64,000 nucleotides of DNA from Octopus vulgaris (Eukaryota): contig OX597817.1 of the NCBI GenBank assembly GCA_951406725.2, positions 42,594,001-42,658,000 of the forward strand. Reading direction: 5' to 3'. Made by a program: the position numbers and the translations under genes. This document shows positions 26,046 to 38,165 of the stretch, one piece after another. How positions within the stretch are numbered: position 1 is the stretch's first letter; every line of letters starts with the position of its first letter. The notes under the pieces were generated by a model. That model was given only the letters and a program-made list of their open reading frames with translations. It did not search any database and was not told the origin of the DNA.

Positions 26046-26271
26046 AAACGATTTCTGTTCAATCTTCGTTCAACTCCATTTCTTCAATTCACTAATAATA
26101 TTAAAATTCAATTATCCGCACCAACGCACGGTTGCAACACCATATGGTTGTACCTCCAACCGTGCTGTCTTCTGCTGTGATTTTTGCTACCAAGGTATCG
26201 GTTAAACTTTTGATTAATCTGCAACAAGATTATTCATCTTTCTATTTCACATAATATATATATATATATAT

Positions 26272-28454
26272 GCTACAAATGTGTCCCAGAGAGAAAGGCC
26301 ACTGTACACAAGAACAAAATCCCCAGAGAGAGGAAAATTTTAATGAGACGGCGTACGAAATTTTCAAATCGCCTAAACAAACAGATTGAAAGCAGTGAAA
26401 AGTCCCGCCTAAAAATAAAACTGTTGGAAATCGAAAAATGTCTGCAACTCTCCCATGAAAAAGAAAGAGCAGACAAAGAAGCCTGGGCTATAGAAAACAT
26501 AAAATCTAACCCCAGAGCTTTCTACAGGTATGCCAAAGAAACAGCTACAGTGCACTGTAGAATAGGGCCACTCCTCGAAAAGGATGGCACACTTACAGGA
26601 AAACCAATGAGGGTAAGTGAAATACTGAATGAGCAATTCAAGAGTGTTTTCACTCCACCCCTTGGGCATCTCCAAATCACCAATCCAACTGACTTTTTTA
26701 CCACTGCAGATATAAAATCAGAGGCGGCGACGATAGATTACATCGATATAAATGAAGACGATGTAACCAAGGCTATAGATGAAATGAAAACAGACTCAGC
26801 TACTGGCCCCGATGGATTCCCGGCAATCCTCCTAAAAGCATGTAAGAGAGTCCTAGCAAGACCACTGCAGTTCCTCTTTCAGAGCTTCCTTGCAGCTGGC
26901 AAACTTCCAGGAAAACTGAAGGAAGGTAAAATATGCCCCATTCATAAAGGAGGTAGCAGAGCGGAAGCCAAGAACTATAGACCTATCTCTCTGACCTCAC
27001 ACATCAGCAAGGTCATGGAACGAATAGTCAGAAGGAAGCTGATCACCTTCCTTGAAGAGAATGACTTGCTGCCCGACACCCAACATGGTTTCCGACCAGG
27101 GAGAAGCTGTTTAACTCAGCTCCTACAACACTATGACTGGGTGCTGAAACGGCTGCTCAACCACTCAAATGTGGAAGTGATATATCTCGACTTTGCAAAG
27201 GCCTTTGATAAAGTCGATCATAGAATGATATGTCACAAACTGCGTGATCTCAACATAGTTGGAAAACTGGGAGAATGGCTTCATGACTTTCTGAAGGATA
27301 GAAGTCAGGTGGTAGTAGCCAATGGGGCCACCTCCATTAACACACAAATAGTGAGCGGTGTTCCGCAGGGCACTGTTCTGGGACCACTACTGTTCATAAT
27401 GGCCCTCTCAGACATGCCCTCAGCCACGCAGAGAGCCACGATCACAAGTTATGCAGATGATACAAAAGTTTCACAGGCAATACAGAACCCTGAGGACACT
27501 AAACACCTGCAATGTGAGCTAGACGAAATATACAAGTGGGCTGAAAAGAATAGCATGCAGTTCAATGCTGGAAAGTTTCAAGCTTTATACTATCAGCATG
27601 CAAAACTGAATGCAATACCCAATGAATACACTGGACCCGGAGGGATTGCAATCCCAGAGGCACAATCAGTGCGTGACCTGGGTATTCACATGAGTGATGA
27701 CGCGACCTTTCATGTACATGTTGCTAAACTGACAATGAAATGTAGACGGCTGGATGGATGGATTCTTAGAACCTTTAGAACAAGAGAACAAGAAACCATG
27801 ATGGTCCTCTGGAAGACACTTGTCCTAAGCCACTTTGACTATTGCTCTCAGCTATGGTCACCATCCAGTGTCAAGTTGATCACAGAACTTGAGGCGATCC
27901 AACGAAGCTACACAAAGAAGATAGCCTCTATGCAGAATGTAAGCTACTGGGAAAGACTCAAGAGATTAAAATTATATTCCCTGGAGCGTAGGCGGGAAAG
28001 ATATGCCATAATATACATCTGGAAGATCCTGGAGGGAAGTGTCCTGAACTTTGGCATCGAGAGTTACGCAAATGCCAGAACTGGGCGCCACTGCGTGGTG
28101 CCTAGGACTCCAAACCTGCCATCAAGATGTAGGACAAGATACTGTGATAGCCTGGGCTTCCGAGGCCCACAGCTCTTCAATATCCTCCCGAAGAACCTGA
28201 GAGACCTGCATGGGGTGGATACAGATGTCTTTAAAATGAAGCTGGATCTCTTCCTGTCAGGTGTCCCAGATGAACCAACTTCACGGCAGGAGGGGCAGAT
28301 GAGGGCAGCTGCATCGAACTCTCTCATGCACCAAATAGCAGTTGCTAGAAAGCCTCCATGAAGTGAAACCAAGTAGCAACACCAAATGGCGGTGCCCCAG
28401 CATGGCCACAGCTCATAAGCTGAAACTAGAATCAATCAATCAATCAATCAATCA
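26272..28454 (+). mobile_element. Young 5'-truncated CR1-clade LINE
   Basis: Reading frame open from the 5' junction, short 3' UTR, (ATCA)n tail, (TA)n on both sides. Confidence 0.92.
26343..28361 (+). CDS. LINE ORF2 reverse transcriptase (672 aa, endonuclease truncated)
   Basis: GPDG, NYRPISLTS, QHGFRPGRSC, YLDFAKAFD, GVPQGTVLGP, YADDTK, SLERRR; no stops or frameshifts. Confidence 0.95.
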   Translation: MRRRTKFSNRLNKQIESSEKSRLKIKLLEIEKCLQLSHEKERADKEAWAIENIKSNPRAFYRYAKETATVHCRIGPLLEKDGTLTGKPMRVSEILNEQFKSVFTPPLGHLQITNPTDFFTTADIKSEAATIDYIDINEDDVTKAIDEMKTDSATGPDGFPAILLKACKRVLARPLQFLFQSFLAAGKLPGKLKEGKICPIHKGGSRAEAKNYRPISLTSHISKVMERIVRRKLITFLEENDLLPDTQHGFRPGRSCLTQLLQHYDWVLKRLLNHSNVEVIYLDFAKAFDKVDHRMICHKLRDLNIVGKLGEWLHDFLKDRSQVVVANGATSINTQIVSGVPQGTVLGPLLFIMALSDMPSATQRATITSYADDTKVSQAIQNPEDTKHLQCELDEIYKWAEKNSMQFNAGKFQALYYQHAKLNAIPNEYTGPGGIAIPEAQSVRDLGIHMSDDATFHVHVAKLTMKCRRLDGWILRTFRTREQETMMVLWKTLVLSHFDYCSQLWSPSSVKLITELEAIQRSYTKKIASMQNVSYWERLKRLKLYSLERRRERYAIIYIWKILEGSVLNFGIESYANARTGRHCVVPRTPNLPSRCRTRYCDSLGFRGPQLFNILPKNLRDLHGVDTDVFKMKLDLFLSGVPDEPTSRQEGQMRAAASNSLMHQIAVARKPP

Positions 28455-29659
28455 TATATATATATATATATAGGTATATTTACATGTGTAATTGTACATT
28501 TATTTATAAAGTATAAATATATTTGTATTTAAATCATCATCATCGTTTAGCGTCCGTTTTCCATGCTAGCATGGGTTGGACCATGTCATTTGTATTTTTA
28601 TAAGTGGGGTGCTGAAAAGTTCCTAGATTAATTAAGGTGGTGGTGGTGGTGGTGGTGGTGGTGGTGGTGATGATGATGATGATGAAGGACCGCTGTAATA
28701 AATGTGTGAAGCTGAGAGGGGAATATGTTGAATAAAATCATAATTAACTGATCTTCTTGTATTTTCTTCGACCATATTTACCTGGACACCTGAGTTTTTT
28801 TTTTTTTTTATATATTTGTATGTTTGCATCTGTTTGTTTCTATGTATTTATCTGAATTTTTTTTTAAAGCATGATAAATTTGTATGTAATAATATTTTGA
28901 TACTGAGATTAATTTGACAATGATGAATGAATCTAATGAAAAATAAAAGTAGCTTGTTGTCTAAGTTCATCACCTGTTTCATTGTTAATGGTCAAAAATG
29001 GGACACATCCGTTCCAAGAAAAGAAAGTGACAAAATGCAGTTGGAAAAATAAGATTAACACTGTGACCTAATTCTGAAAAGGAATGTAGTGCATGACTTG
29101 GCCATTTAACTAGACAGATTGTGTAATGGAAGTAAGACATAGAGAGGTGAAGAGAGGGAGGGGGTATGTAAGTGAAAATGAGTATCCTCTTCCATGGTTG
29201 GTTTTGGAGAAAGCAGCTGTCTGGTCATTGAGTGTTGCAGAATATTCATATTGACCAATCTAGTTTTCAAAAGACTTCTAATATTGAACTTAGCTTAATT
29301 CATTGCATGAATGCATCTCTCTTCTGTCCATGACTATGCTTGAACGACCATCTGCCTGTTGTTCGCTACTATTTTTACGAGCTTGATCAAAGCTTAATTG
29401 ATTTTCAATCAACAATTTTGGATTCACTAGAATTTTTGCTGACACCAGTCAAAGAATTTAATGTGTAGTTGTTGGACATCATTGATTAGATATTTTCATG
29501 ATGTCATCACACAAGAAGTGGTTGTGTGGTAAGTAGCTTGCTTATGAATTACATGGTCCTGGGTTCAGTCCCACTGTGTGGCACCATGGGCAAGTGTCTT
29601 CTACTATAGCCTCGGGCCAACCAAAGCCTTGTGAGTTTTATTAAATAGTGCAACGGATT

Positions 29660-30075
29660 ACTCTTTACTCTTTTACGCTTTTACTTCCTTCAGTCATTTG
29701 ACTGTGGCCATGCTGGAGCACCGCCTTTAGTTGAGCAAATAGACCCCAGGACTTATTCTTTTTTAAGCCTAGTACTTATTCTATTGGTCTCTTTTGCCGA
29801 ACCGCTAAGTTACAGGGACGTAAACATACCAGCATCAATTGTCAAGCGATGTTGGGGGGACAAACACAAACACATAAACACACACGCACACACACATGTA
29901 TATACATATATACGATGGGCTTCTTTCAGTTTCCATCTACCAAATCCACTCACAAGGCTTTGGTCAGCCCGAGGCTATAGTAGAAGACACTTGCCCAAGG
30001 TGCCACACTGTGGCACTGAACCTGGAACCATGTGGTTGGTAAGCAAGCTACTTACCACACAGCCACTCCTGCACC
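29660..30075 (-). mobile_element. SINE family A
   Basis: Similarity to other copies. Confidence 0.9.
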
Positions 30076-30349
30076 TTTGTTTTATTTTAAATTAATTGAC
30101 AGAAACAGAGCATCTCAAAAGAAATATGGTAACAAAAGAGTTAAGCAAAATCACATTCACAGTAAAATAGTAAACTTAGTCACAATTTATGTTCCTAACA
30201 CTAGCTTAATGATAACTAAGTTATTTTACTAAATTCTTTGTTTTATTTAAAATAACTGAAAGAAACACAGAGCATCTCAACAGAAACATGGTAATGAAAG
30301 TTTTAAACAGGTTATAGCTGGCCAAAATATCAGCTTCTTTTATGTTTAA

Positions 30350-30550
30350 ACTGCATCCTTCAAAACTTCCATGCTTCCTGAGATTCACCAACACTACACC
30401 TGATTTTCTCCCCTCCATACACACACAAGCATGTATCTGGCTCATACATTGTTCACTTTCCAGACATTTCTACATTACTGCATGTACTTTATATGCACTT
30501 TCTGACAAGTTGTGGTTCACCTGAGCACTGTATACAATAATTTCATTATA
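30350..30550 (+). mobile_element. 3' end of the second CR1-like LINE family
   Basis: Matches reverse complement of 43810-44010. Confidence 0.85.
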
Positions 30551-30729
30551 TATAAACCAGCTAGATTTGGCCTCTCACACCTATCTTACAATATCCTTCT
30601 AAAAATACAATCACATCATCAAAATCTTGAAGCTATCAGATAATGTATGATTAATTCAAAATAATGTAAATAAATAAGCATTACATTTGACAGATGAATC
30701 TGAATGTTAAAGGGTTAAACGCATTCTTT

Positions 30730-31115
30730 TATTCTTTTACTCTTTTACTTATTTGTTTCGGTCATCTTGATTGCGACCATGCTGGAGCACTGCCTTTAGT
30801 CAAACAAATCGACCCCAAGACTTATTCTTTGTGAGCCTAGTACTTATTCTATTGGGCTCTTTCACCAAACCGCTAAGTTAATGGGGGACATAAACACACC
30901 AATATTGGTTGTCAAGTAATGGTGGGGGGAGAAACAAAGACACCCAAATACACACACACGTATCTATATACACGACAGGCTTCTTTCAGTTTCTGTCTAC
31001 CAAATCCACTCACAAGTCTTTGGTCAGCCTGAGGTTATAGTAGAAGACACTTGCCCAAGTGTGCCATGCAGTGGGACTGAACCTAGAATCATGTGGTTGG
31101 TAAGCAAGCTACTTT
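30730..31115 (-). mobile_element. SINE family A
   Basis: Similarity to other copies. Confidence 0.85.
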
Positions 31116-31255
31116 TATTCATATAATTTGCCATAAGAGCATTACACAGATGTAGCTGCAGGCTGGACATTACATTAATGAGATGAAATGATAAACGAAA
31201 TTATGATATTAATGAGAGGAGCAAAAGATGCCCACCAATCTTCTGCTTCTCTAAA

Positions 31256-31675
31256 ACATCATTATCATCATCATTGTTTAACGTCCGTTTTTTGTGCTAG
31301 CATGGGTTGGAGAGTTCGACTGGGGTTTGAGAAGCCAGGAGTCTGCACCAGACTCCAGTCTGATCTGGCAGTGTTTCTACAGCTGGATGCCCTTCCTAAC
31401 GGCAACCACTCTGAGAGTGTAGTGAGTGCTTTTTATGTGCCACCGACACAGGTTCCAGGGGAGGCTGGCAGCAGCCACGATCAGTTGGTGCTGGCATCGG
31501 CCACATTCAGATGGTGCTTTTTACGTGCCACCGGCACTGGTATCACAACTACAATTTCCATTTGATATTTATTTTGATGTTGATGTACTTGACTCAATAT
31601 GTCTCCTCAAGCACAGCAGGTCATGTGCCACCAGCACAAAAGCCAATCAAGGCGGCGCTGGCATCGGCCACGTTT
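31256..31675 (-). mobile_element. SINE-like family D
   Basis: Similarity to other copies. Confidence 0.8.
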
Positions 31676-31985
31676 CTCTAAAACATTGGGGTTTTTTTCA
31701 AAACAAAAAACAAAACGAGGTATTAAACCTCTTACCTCAGTTCTACAATTACTGGACTTAATAGTTCATTACAAATTGAGGCGCTGAGCCTCTTACAGAC
31801 AATAAACAATACGAGGCACTAAGCCTCTTAATTATTTCCCACCCAGCCAGGCTCAGTGCCTCACTCAAGCACCTCAATGGTGCTAGGTCGGGGCTCTTCA
31901 GCATGAAACAAGCTACTTACCACACAGCCACTCCTGCGCCTATGATAAATATTTTCTCTCCTTACACCACTATCCCTTTGGTTTA

Positions 31986-32225
31986 AGGCGGTGAGCTGGG
32001 TAAGGTGGCGAGCTAGCAGAAACGTTAGCATGCTGGGCAAAATGCGTAGCCGTATTTCATCTGCTGTTACGTTCTGAGTTCAAATTCCGCCGAGGTCGAC
32101 TTTGCCTTTCATCCTTTCGGGGTCGATAAATTAAGTACCAGTTACGCACCAGAGTCGATATAATCGACTTAATCTGTTTGTTTGTCCTCTCTGTGTTTAG
32201 CTCCTTGTGGGTAGTAAAGAAATTG
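31986..32225 (+). mobile_element. SINE family B with duplicated 5' tip
   Basis: aaggcggtgagctgg followed by aaggtggcgagctagc, then the Nin domain. Confidence 0.9.
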
Positions 32226-32667
32226 GTTTACATCAAGCCTATATCATTGCTTTGCACCTCTTCTCTTCTTCCTTTCATATTTCCCACTTTGACTGACTTC
32301 CACTTCTCTGCACCAAACTGTTGTTATATCTAAGGATAATTTCATTTTACTTAGTACTGTTTTGAGAAGCCTGAACCAGTAAAAACTTTGAAGTAAACTG
32401 TCAGTATTATTGATAATAATTTATTGATAGTAAATCTTATTTTCATTCTACAATTCGTATTATGGCCTTAGTTCAGTGCATGTTCAGTGTTCTTAGGTAC
32501 GTAAACCTATACAGCAACCCATTACATATGTACCTGCACGTTTGTATGTGTGTGTGTATGTGTATACATGTATATGAGCATGTACGTGTATCTGTATGTT
32601 TGAGTGTGTGAATACACATGTATGTATGTATAGATGTACATATAAAGAGAGCTAGATAGATCTACAT

Positions 32668-32706
<39 letters not shown>

Positions 32707-32712
32707 CATACA

Positions 32713-32794
<82 letters not shown>

Positions 32795-32834
32795 ATTGTA
32801 TGTATGTATGTATGCATGTATGAATGTATGTATG

Positions 32835-32878
32835 TATGTATAAAGCCCACACACCTACACAGAATATATGTATACACA

Positions 32879-32968
<90 letters not shown>

Positions 32969-33006
32969 TAAAGCCCACACACCTACACAGAATATATGTA
33001 TACACA

Positions 33007-33057
<51 letters not shown>

Positions 33058-33175
33058 GTATGTATGTTTGTATGTATGTATGTATAAAGCCCACACACCT
33101 ACACAGAATATATGTATATACATACATACATACATATATATATACATATATATATAGCCCACACACCTACACAGA
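32835..33175. repeat. Compound minisatellite: 4 x agcccacacacctacacagaa separated by (CA)n/(TATG)n
   Basis: Units near 32841, 32969, 33085 and 33155. Confidence 0.9.
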
Positions 33176-33587
33176 AGATAGAAGGGAAAATCAGAATGCA
33201 AGGGAATCTAATTGTTGATGATGTAAAAGCACTCTCAACGCAGACACAGACACAGACACTCACACACACACACACACATACACACACACATACTGCATAT
33301 AGAGAGAGCAGCTTTACATCAAGACAGGTTCGTGCACAAACGGCTGAAACTCATTAGTGGAAATTTCCTGATTATCTCTTCAATGTCTTTTTATATCCAT
33401 CTACATCAGATGACAATCAGTTATCTGCCTATAGATTCTTCTTCTCCTAATGAAACAATGCATTATTTCTTTGATGGACAATAAAGAAATTAAAGAAACC
33501 ATTTCAATGAACGACGGCATGAATGAAATGAATGAAAGAAGTCGGAACTGTTCGCAACAACAGCTAAACAAAGAAATAAAATAAAAT

Positions 33588-33669
33588 ATGATCAACTTAT
33601 ATAAGAACACGCAAAAGTTAATCATGGGATGTTTTTGCTACTTCCTGTTGTTGCAAATACCAGTGACAT
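33588..33669 (+). CDS. Candidate first coding exon (signal-peptide-like MINLYKNTQKLIMGCFCYFLLLQIPVT)
   Basis: ATG in a repeat-free region, hydrophobic stretch, CAT|GTAAGA phase-1 donor compatible with the exon at 50641. Confidence 0.35.
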
Positions 33670-35370
33670 GTAAGAAAGCTGAGTGAATTCTTCATTGATA
33701 AAGTTTTTCCTTTCCCACTGTAGCTTCCATACAGTATTCCATTTGTTTCCTTGCTTCCAATCAGTTTGAAACAAAATATCATTTTCCAAATCTAATAAGA
33801 AACATGGCAGGTAATGCTGTTTTGTTTTGTTGTTTTGTATTTTTTTTCTTTTTCTATGTACTTTTATTTTTTTATATCTGACTCATAGAACTTATTATTT
33901 TTTTAAAGAACTCATCAATTCTAACACAATTAACTCTGAAGATTTTGATATAATATTTATTTTTTACATATCATTCTTATTTATTTATTAACTTAGTTGT
34001 GTCCAATTATTTTTCACTCCTAATTTTTACCTCAATTATGTGCTTGTTTGTAAAGTTATCACAATTAAAATTTCTCTTAAAGAAAATTTAACTGTTGTTT
34101 AATGAATTTTATATGAAATACTTTCAGTTCTTTAAAATATAAGCATCATATTCATTGTTCAAGACCTTATTCTTCTTTACATCATCATTTCTAACTTTAA
34201 AATTCTTCAAGTTTAATATCATATTTCATGATAATGATCAAAAACTGCATTAACCTAAATATTAAAATGATAAAATTTATTTCAGTGGATCATTTTTCAT
34301 GTGCAACATTTTCACTCAATAGTCAAGTGCTTATTTTGCATCATACATGAAACTTATCCAAACATTTTCAATTTATTGCCAACTCTTTTAAAAAGTATTT
34401 TTTTTAGTCCGCTTAAATACGTACACTGTCAACAGAAGTCATAACAAAATATCTGAACCTGTTACATATTTACATATAACATATTAACATTTTTTTTTTT
34501 TTTGAACGAAAAATAATTTAGTTTTTCAAGAAAAATATACAGACAAATAAAGAATAAATATGCAGTTTAAAAAGCTTCTTTGAAATTTCTCTTCTAAATA
34601 AAAGTTTCTTACTATTTTCATATCACTGATGAAAAAAGAACTATCATGGCTGCTAACTTTAAAAAAAATTTATAGTTATGTATAAAAAAATTGTTGATAT
34701 GTAAAATACAGTTGCTGTTTTAAATATAGCATATGTTTGAAAAAGTGATAATTTCATTTGATGGATGAATAGATCCAAGACGAAGTACAATATCTCTTAG
34801 ATCTTTACTATGAAGAGAGAGAAAAAATTTCTCTACAAAAGTAATTCAATACAATGATTTCTCTTATTTTCTTGTATTGATTTTGCATGAATACTTATCT
34901 TTTATTTTATTGGTTTTTATTGGCTTACTGTATGCAGACTACAAAGAAAAATAAGAAGGTAAAGGCCAAAGCTGTTTCATTTGGTATTTACAAGTTTTTG
35001 ACTTAGTGCAGTAAACAAATTGCCTAACCAAACTTTCTTCTTGTGAAATATATTCAGAATTATTTGATGAAATCCAAAAACTTTCTCACTATTCTTCCAA
35101 TACTGTTTTGTCAATTTCTTCATTCCATTCCAATAAATCTGGTGTGCCTAAGGATACTTCCCCACTATAGTAATCATTCTCCTTTTAGTTAGTTAACTTT
35201 CATGTAACACAACTAAATCCATTGAACCCGTTGTAGAAGTCACAAGTTTATTTATAATTTGAACAAAAAGTTATATGTAGCCCTATTTTCAGTTTCTCCT
35301 CCAATATGGCATCCAAATTTTTCATGAAAAGAATTCCTCCAGATGTTTCAACAGAAATTTGGTTATGTTT

Positions 35371-36690
35371 AATAATATTAAGTAGCTATGGCCCTCGTGC
35401 CGGTGGCATGTAAAAGCACCCACTACACTCTTGGAATCGTTAGCGTTAGGAAGAGCATCCAGTTGTAGAAATTCTGCCAGATCAGATTGAAGCCTGGTGC
35501 AGCCATCTGGTTCGCCAGTCCTCAGTCAAATCGTCCAACCCATGCTAGCATAAATAGTGCACGTATCACTCCATTTTCTTAACATCAAATTTAAGTAATT
35601 TCCTACGCATACTACTGTTTACTCTTCCCATTGCTCTTACAATATCACAAAGATCTTATCAAAGAAATCTGGTCCCTTTCCTAAAATCAATTGATATTTC
35701 ATCTCTTGTAAATCAGTAATAGGTACAGGTATGGCCGTGTAGTTAAGAATCTCAGTTTGCAATCGTGTGGTTTCAGGTTCTGTCCAACTGCATGACACCT
35801 TGAGCAAGTGTCTTCAACTATAGGCGCAGGATACCCAAAGCCTTGTGAGTGAATTTGGTGGATAGAAACATGCTACTGTTTACCCTTCCCATTGGGCTTA
35901 CAATATCACTCTCTCTTTCTCTTTTCTCTCTGTTACTTGTTTCAGTCATTTGACTGCAGCCATGCTGGAGCACTGCCTTTAGTCGAGCAAATCAACCCTA
36001 GGACTTATCCTTTGTAGGCCTAGTACTTATTCTATCAGTCTCTTTTGCCGAACTGCTAAGTTACAGGGACGTAAACACACCAGCATCAGTTGTCAAGCAA
36101 GGGGACAAACACAGATACACAAACACACACACATATGTATACATATACATATATACGATGGGCTTCATTCAGTTTCCGTCTACCAAATCCACTCACAATA
36201 ATATTAAGTAGCTATGGCCCTCGTGCCGGTGGCATGTAAAAGCACCCACTACACTCTTGGAATCGTTAGCGTTAGGAAGAGCATCCAGTTGTAGAAATTC
36301 TGCCAGATCAGATTGAAGCCTGGTGCAGCCATCTGGTTCGCCAGTCCTCAGTCAAATCGTCCAACCCATGCTAGCATAAATAGTGCACGTATCACTCCAT
36401 TTTCTTAACATCAAATTTAAGTAATTTCCTACGCATACTACTGTTTACTCTTCCCATTGCTCTTACAATATCACAAAGATCTTATCAAAGAAATCTGGTC
36501 CCTTTTCTAAAACCAACTGATATTTCATCTCTTATAAATCAGTAATATGCACAGGCATGGCCGTGTAGTTAAGAATCAAAGTTTGCAATCGTGTAGTTTC
36601 AGGTTCTGTCCCACTGCATGGCACCTTGGGCAAGTGTCTTCAACTATAGGCCCAGGCCAACCGAAGCCTAGTGAGTGAATTTGTTAGATG
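35371..36690. repeat. Local direct duplication (offset 826 bp) containing SINE pieces
   Basis: 35371-~35676 is identical to 36197-~36502, then a diverged continuation. Confidence 0.9.
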
Positions 36691-37609
36691 GAAGCTGTAT
36701 GGAAGCTTGCTGTGTGTGTGTGTGTGTGTGTGTGTGTACACGTGTATGTATATGTGTGTGTATTTGCACCCTCACTTCTTTACAACCAGTGTTGGTTTGT
36801 TTATGTCCTTGTAAATTAGAGGTTTGGCAAAAAAGATATTGATGGAATAAGTACCAAACTTTAAAAATATATCCTGGGGTTGATTATATTTTTCGACTAG
36901 ACCCTTCAAGGTAGTGCCCCAGCATGGCTGCAATCCAATGACCAAAGCAAATAAAAAATAAAAGCAAAAAAAATTACACCATGGGTATTATTTCATATTT
37001 GTGGTGGTGTTTTGTCTCGAATCCCCATCATCCCCCATTCCATTGCAAAGAAATCTATCAATTCTATAAGGAAGCACTCTCTTACTAGACTTTTGTTCTC
37101 TATCCAACATTTTGCTTGTGCAAAGGCAGAGGTATTGTTTTCAGTCATATTTGTTTCTTTGTTTGTTTGTCTGTGGACAAGATATCTCAAGAACCGTTGG
37201 ATGGATTCAGATGAAACTTTCAAGAATGTTTGGCCTCATGACTGGCATGAACTCTTAACCCTTTTACTCTTTTAGTTGTTTCAGTCATTTAACTGCGGCT
37301 ATGCTGGAGCACCGCATTTAGTCAAGCAAATCAACCCCAGGACTTATTCTTTGTAAGCCTAGTACTTATTCTATCGGTATCTTTTGCCAAACCACTAAGT
37401 TACGGGGATGTAAACACACCAGCATTGGTTGTCAAGCGATGTTGGGGGACAAACACAGACATACAAACATATACACACACACATACATATATATATATAT
37501 ACACTTTCTCCCCATTCATCACTCTTTTGTACCATCTTATATCTCTCCCCACCACTACACACTCAATAACACTATAAAAAGAGTCAAAATTCCTGCAAAA
37601 ACTTAGTTC

Positions 37610-37648
37610 AATTTGAAGACTCCACTAGAATGGACGAAAGTGCTAATA
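37610..37648 (+). ncRNA. Degenerate hammerhead in the 37501-37782 insert
   Basis: AAT-TTGAAGA-C-TCCA(ctagaa)TGGA-C-GAAA-GTGC-TA-AT: C3>T, stem III AGTGCT probably from AGCGCT. Confidence 0.6.
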
Positions 37649-37777
37649 TATGATATATGATATATGATGTATAAAAACATGTAACATACTAACAAATATC
37701 TGTAAATAGAAAACCATCCGAATTTCTGAATACCTCATTTCTTCTAATATAAAATACCTGTACATCATCTCAAAACC

Positions 37778-37814
<37 letters not shown>

Positions 37815-37818
<4 letters not shown>

Positions 37819-38124
37819 CAAAAGGGACATTAGCCATTTGAATGTGGCTAGGGACAGGGCAGGGCGGTGGGGGGTGTTACTGTTGCATTTAGCCCCAGGC
37901 GAACATCAACGTCACCAGAAAGGCTTGACACCATCACGGCGTCCTCTATCCCGGACGCCGTGATGGTGTCAAGCCTTTCTGGTGACGTTGATGTTCGCCT
38001 GGGGCTAAATGCAACAGTAACACCCCCCACTGCCCTGCCCTGTCCCTAGCCACATTCAAATGGCTAATGTCCCTTTTGTTATGGAGCAGTTACTGTCTAT
38101 ATCTCGTTTAGAGAATTATTATTG

Positions 38125-38125
<1 letters not shown>
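37815..38125. mobile_element. GC-rich foldback element in (TA)n, no hammerhead seen
   Basis: 130-bp arms 37815-37944 / 37953-38082 with one mismatch, 8-nt loop, 43-bp unpaired tail. Confidence 0.85.

Positions 38126-38165
<40 letters not shown>

Larger units (their letters stand above)
25654..26252 (+). mobile_element. Penelope-pLTR-like hammerhead foldback element inserted in (TA)n
   Basis: Exact 217-bp inverted arms 25654-25870 / 25885-26101, 14-nt spacer, unpaired 150-bp tail, (TA)n on both sides. Confidence 0.85.

Noticed and set aside
32835-33175. Regular direct repeats with variable spacers
   Set aside because: Spacers are (CA)n/(TATG)n slippage products; this is a compound minisatellite.
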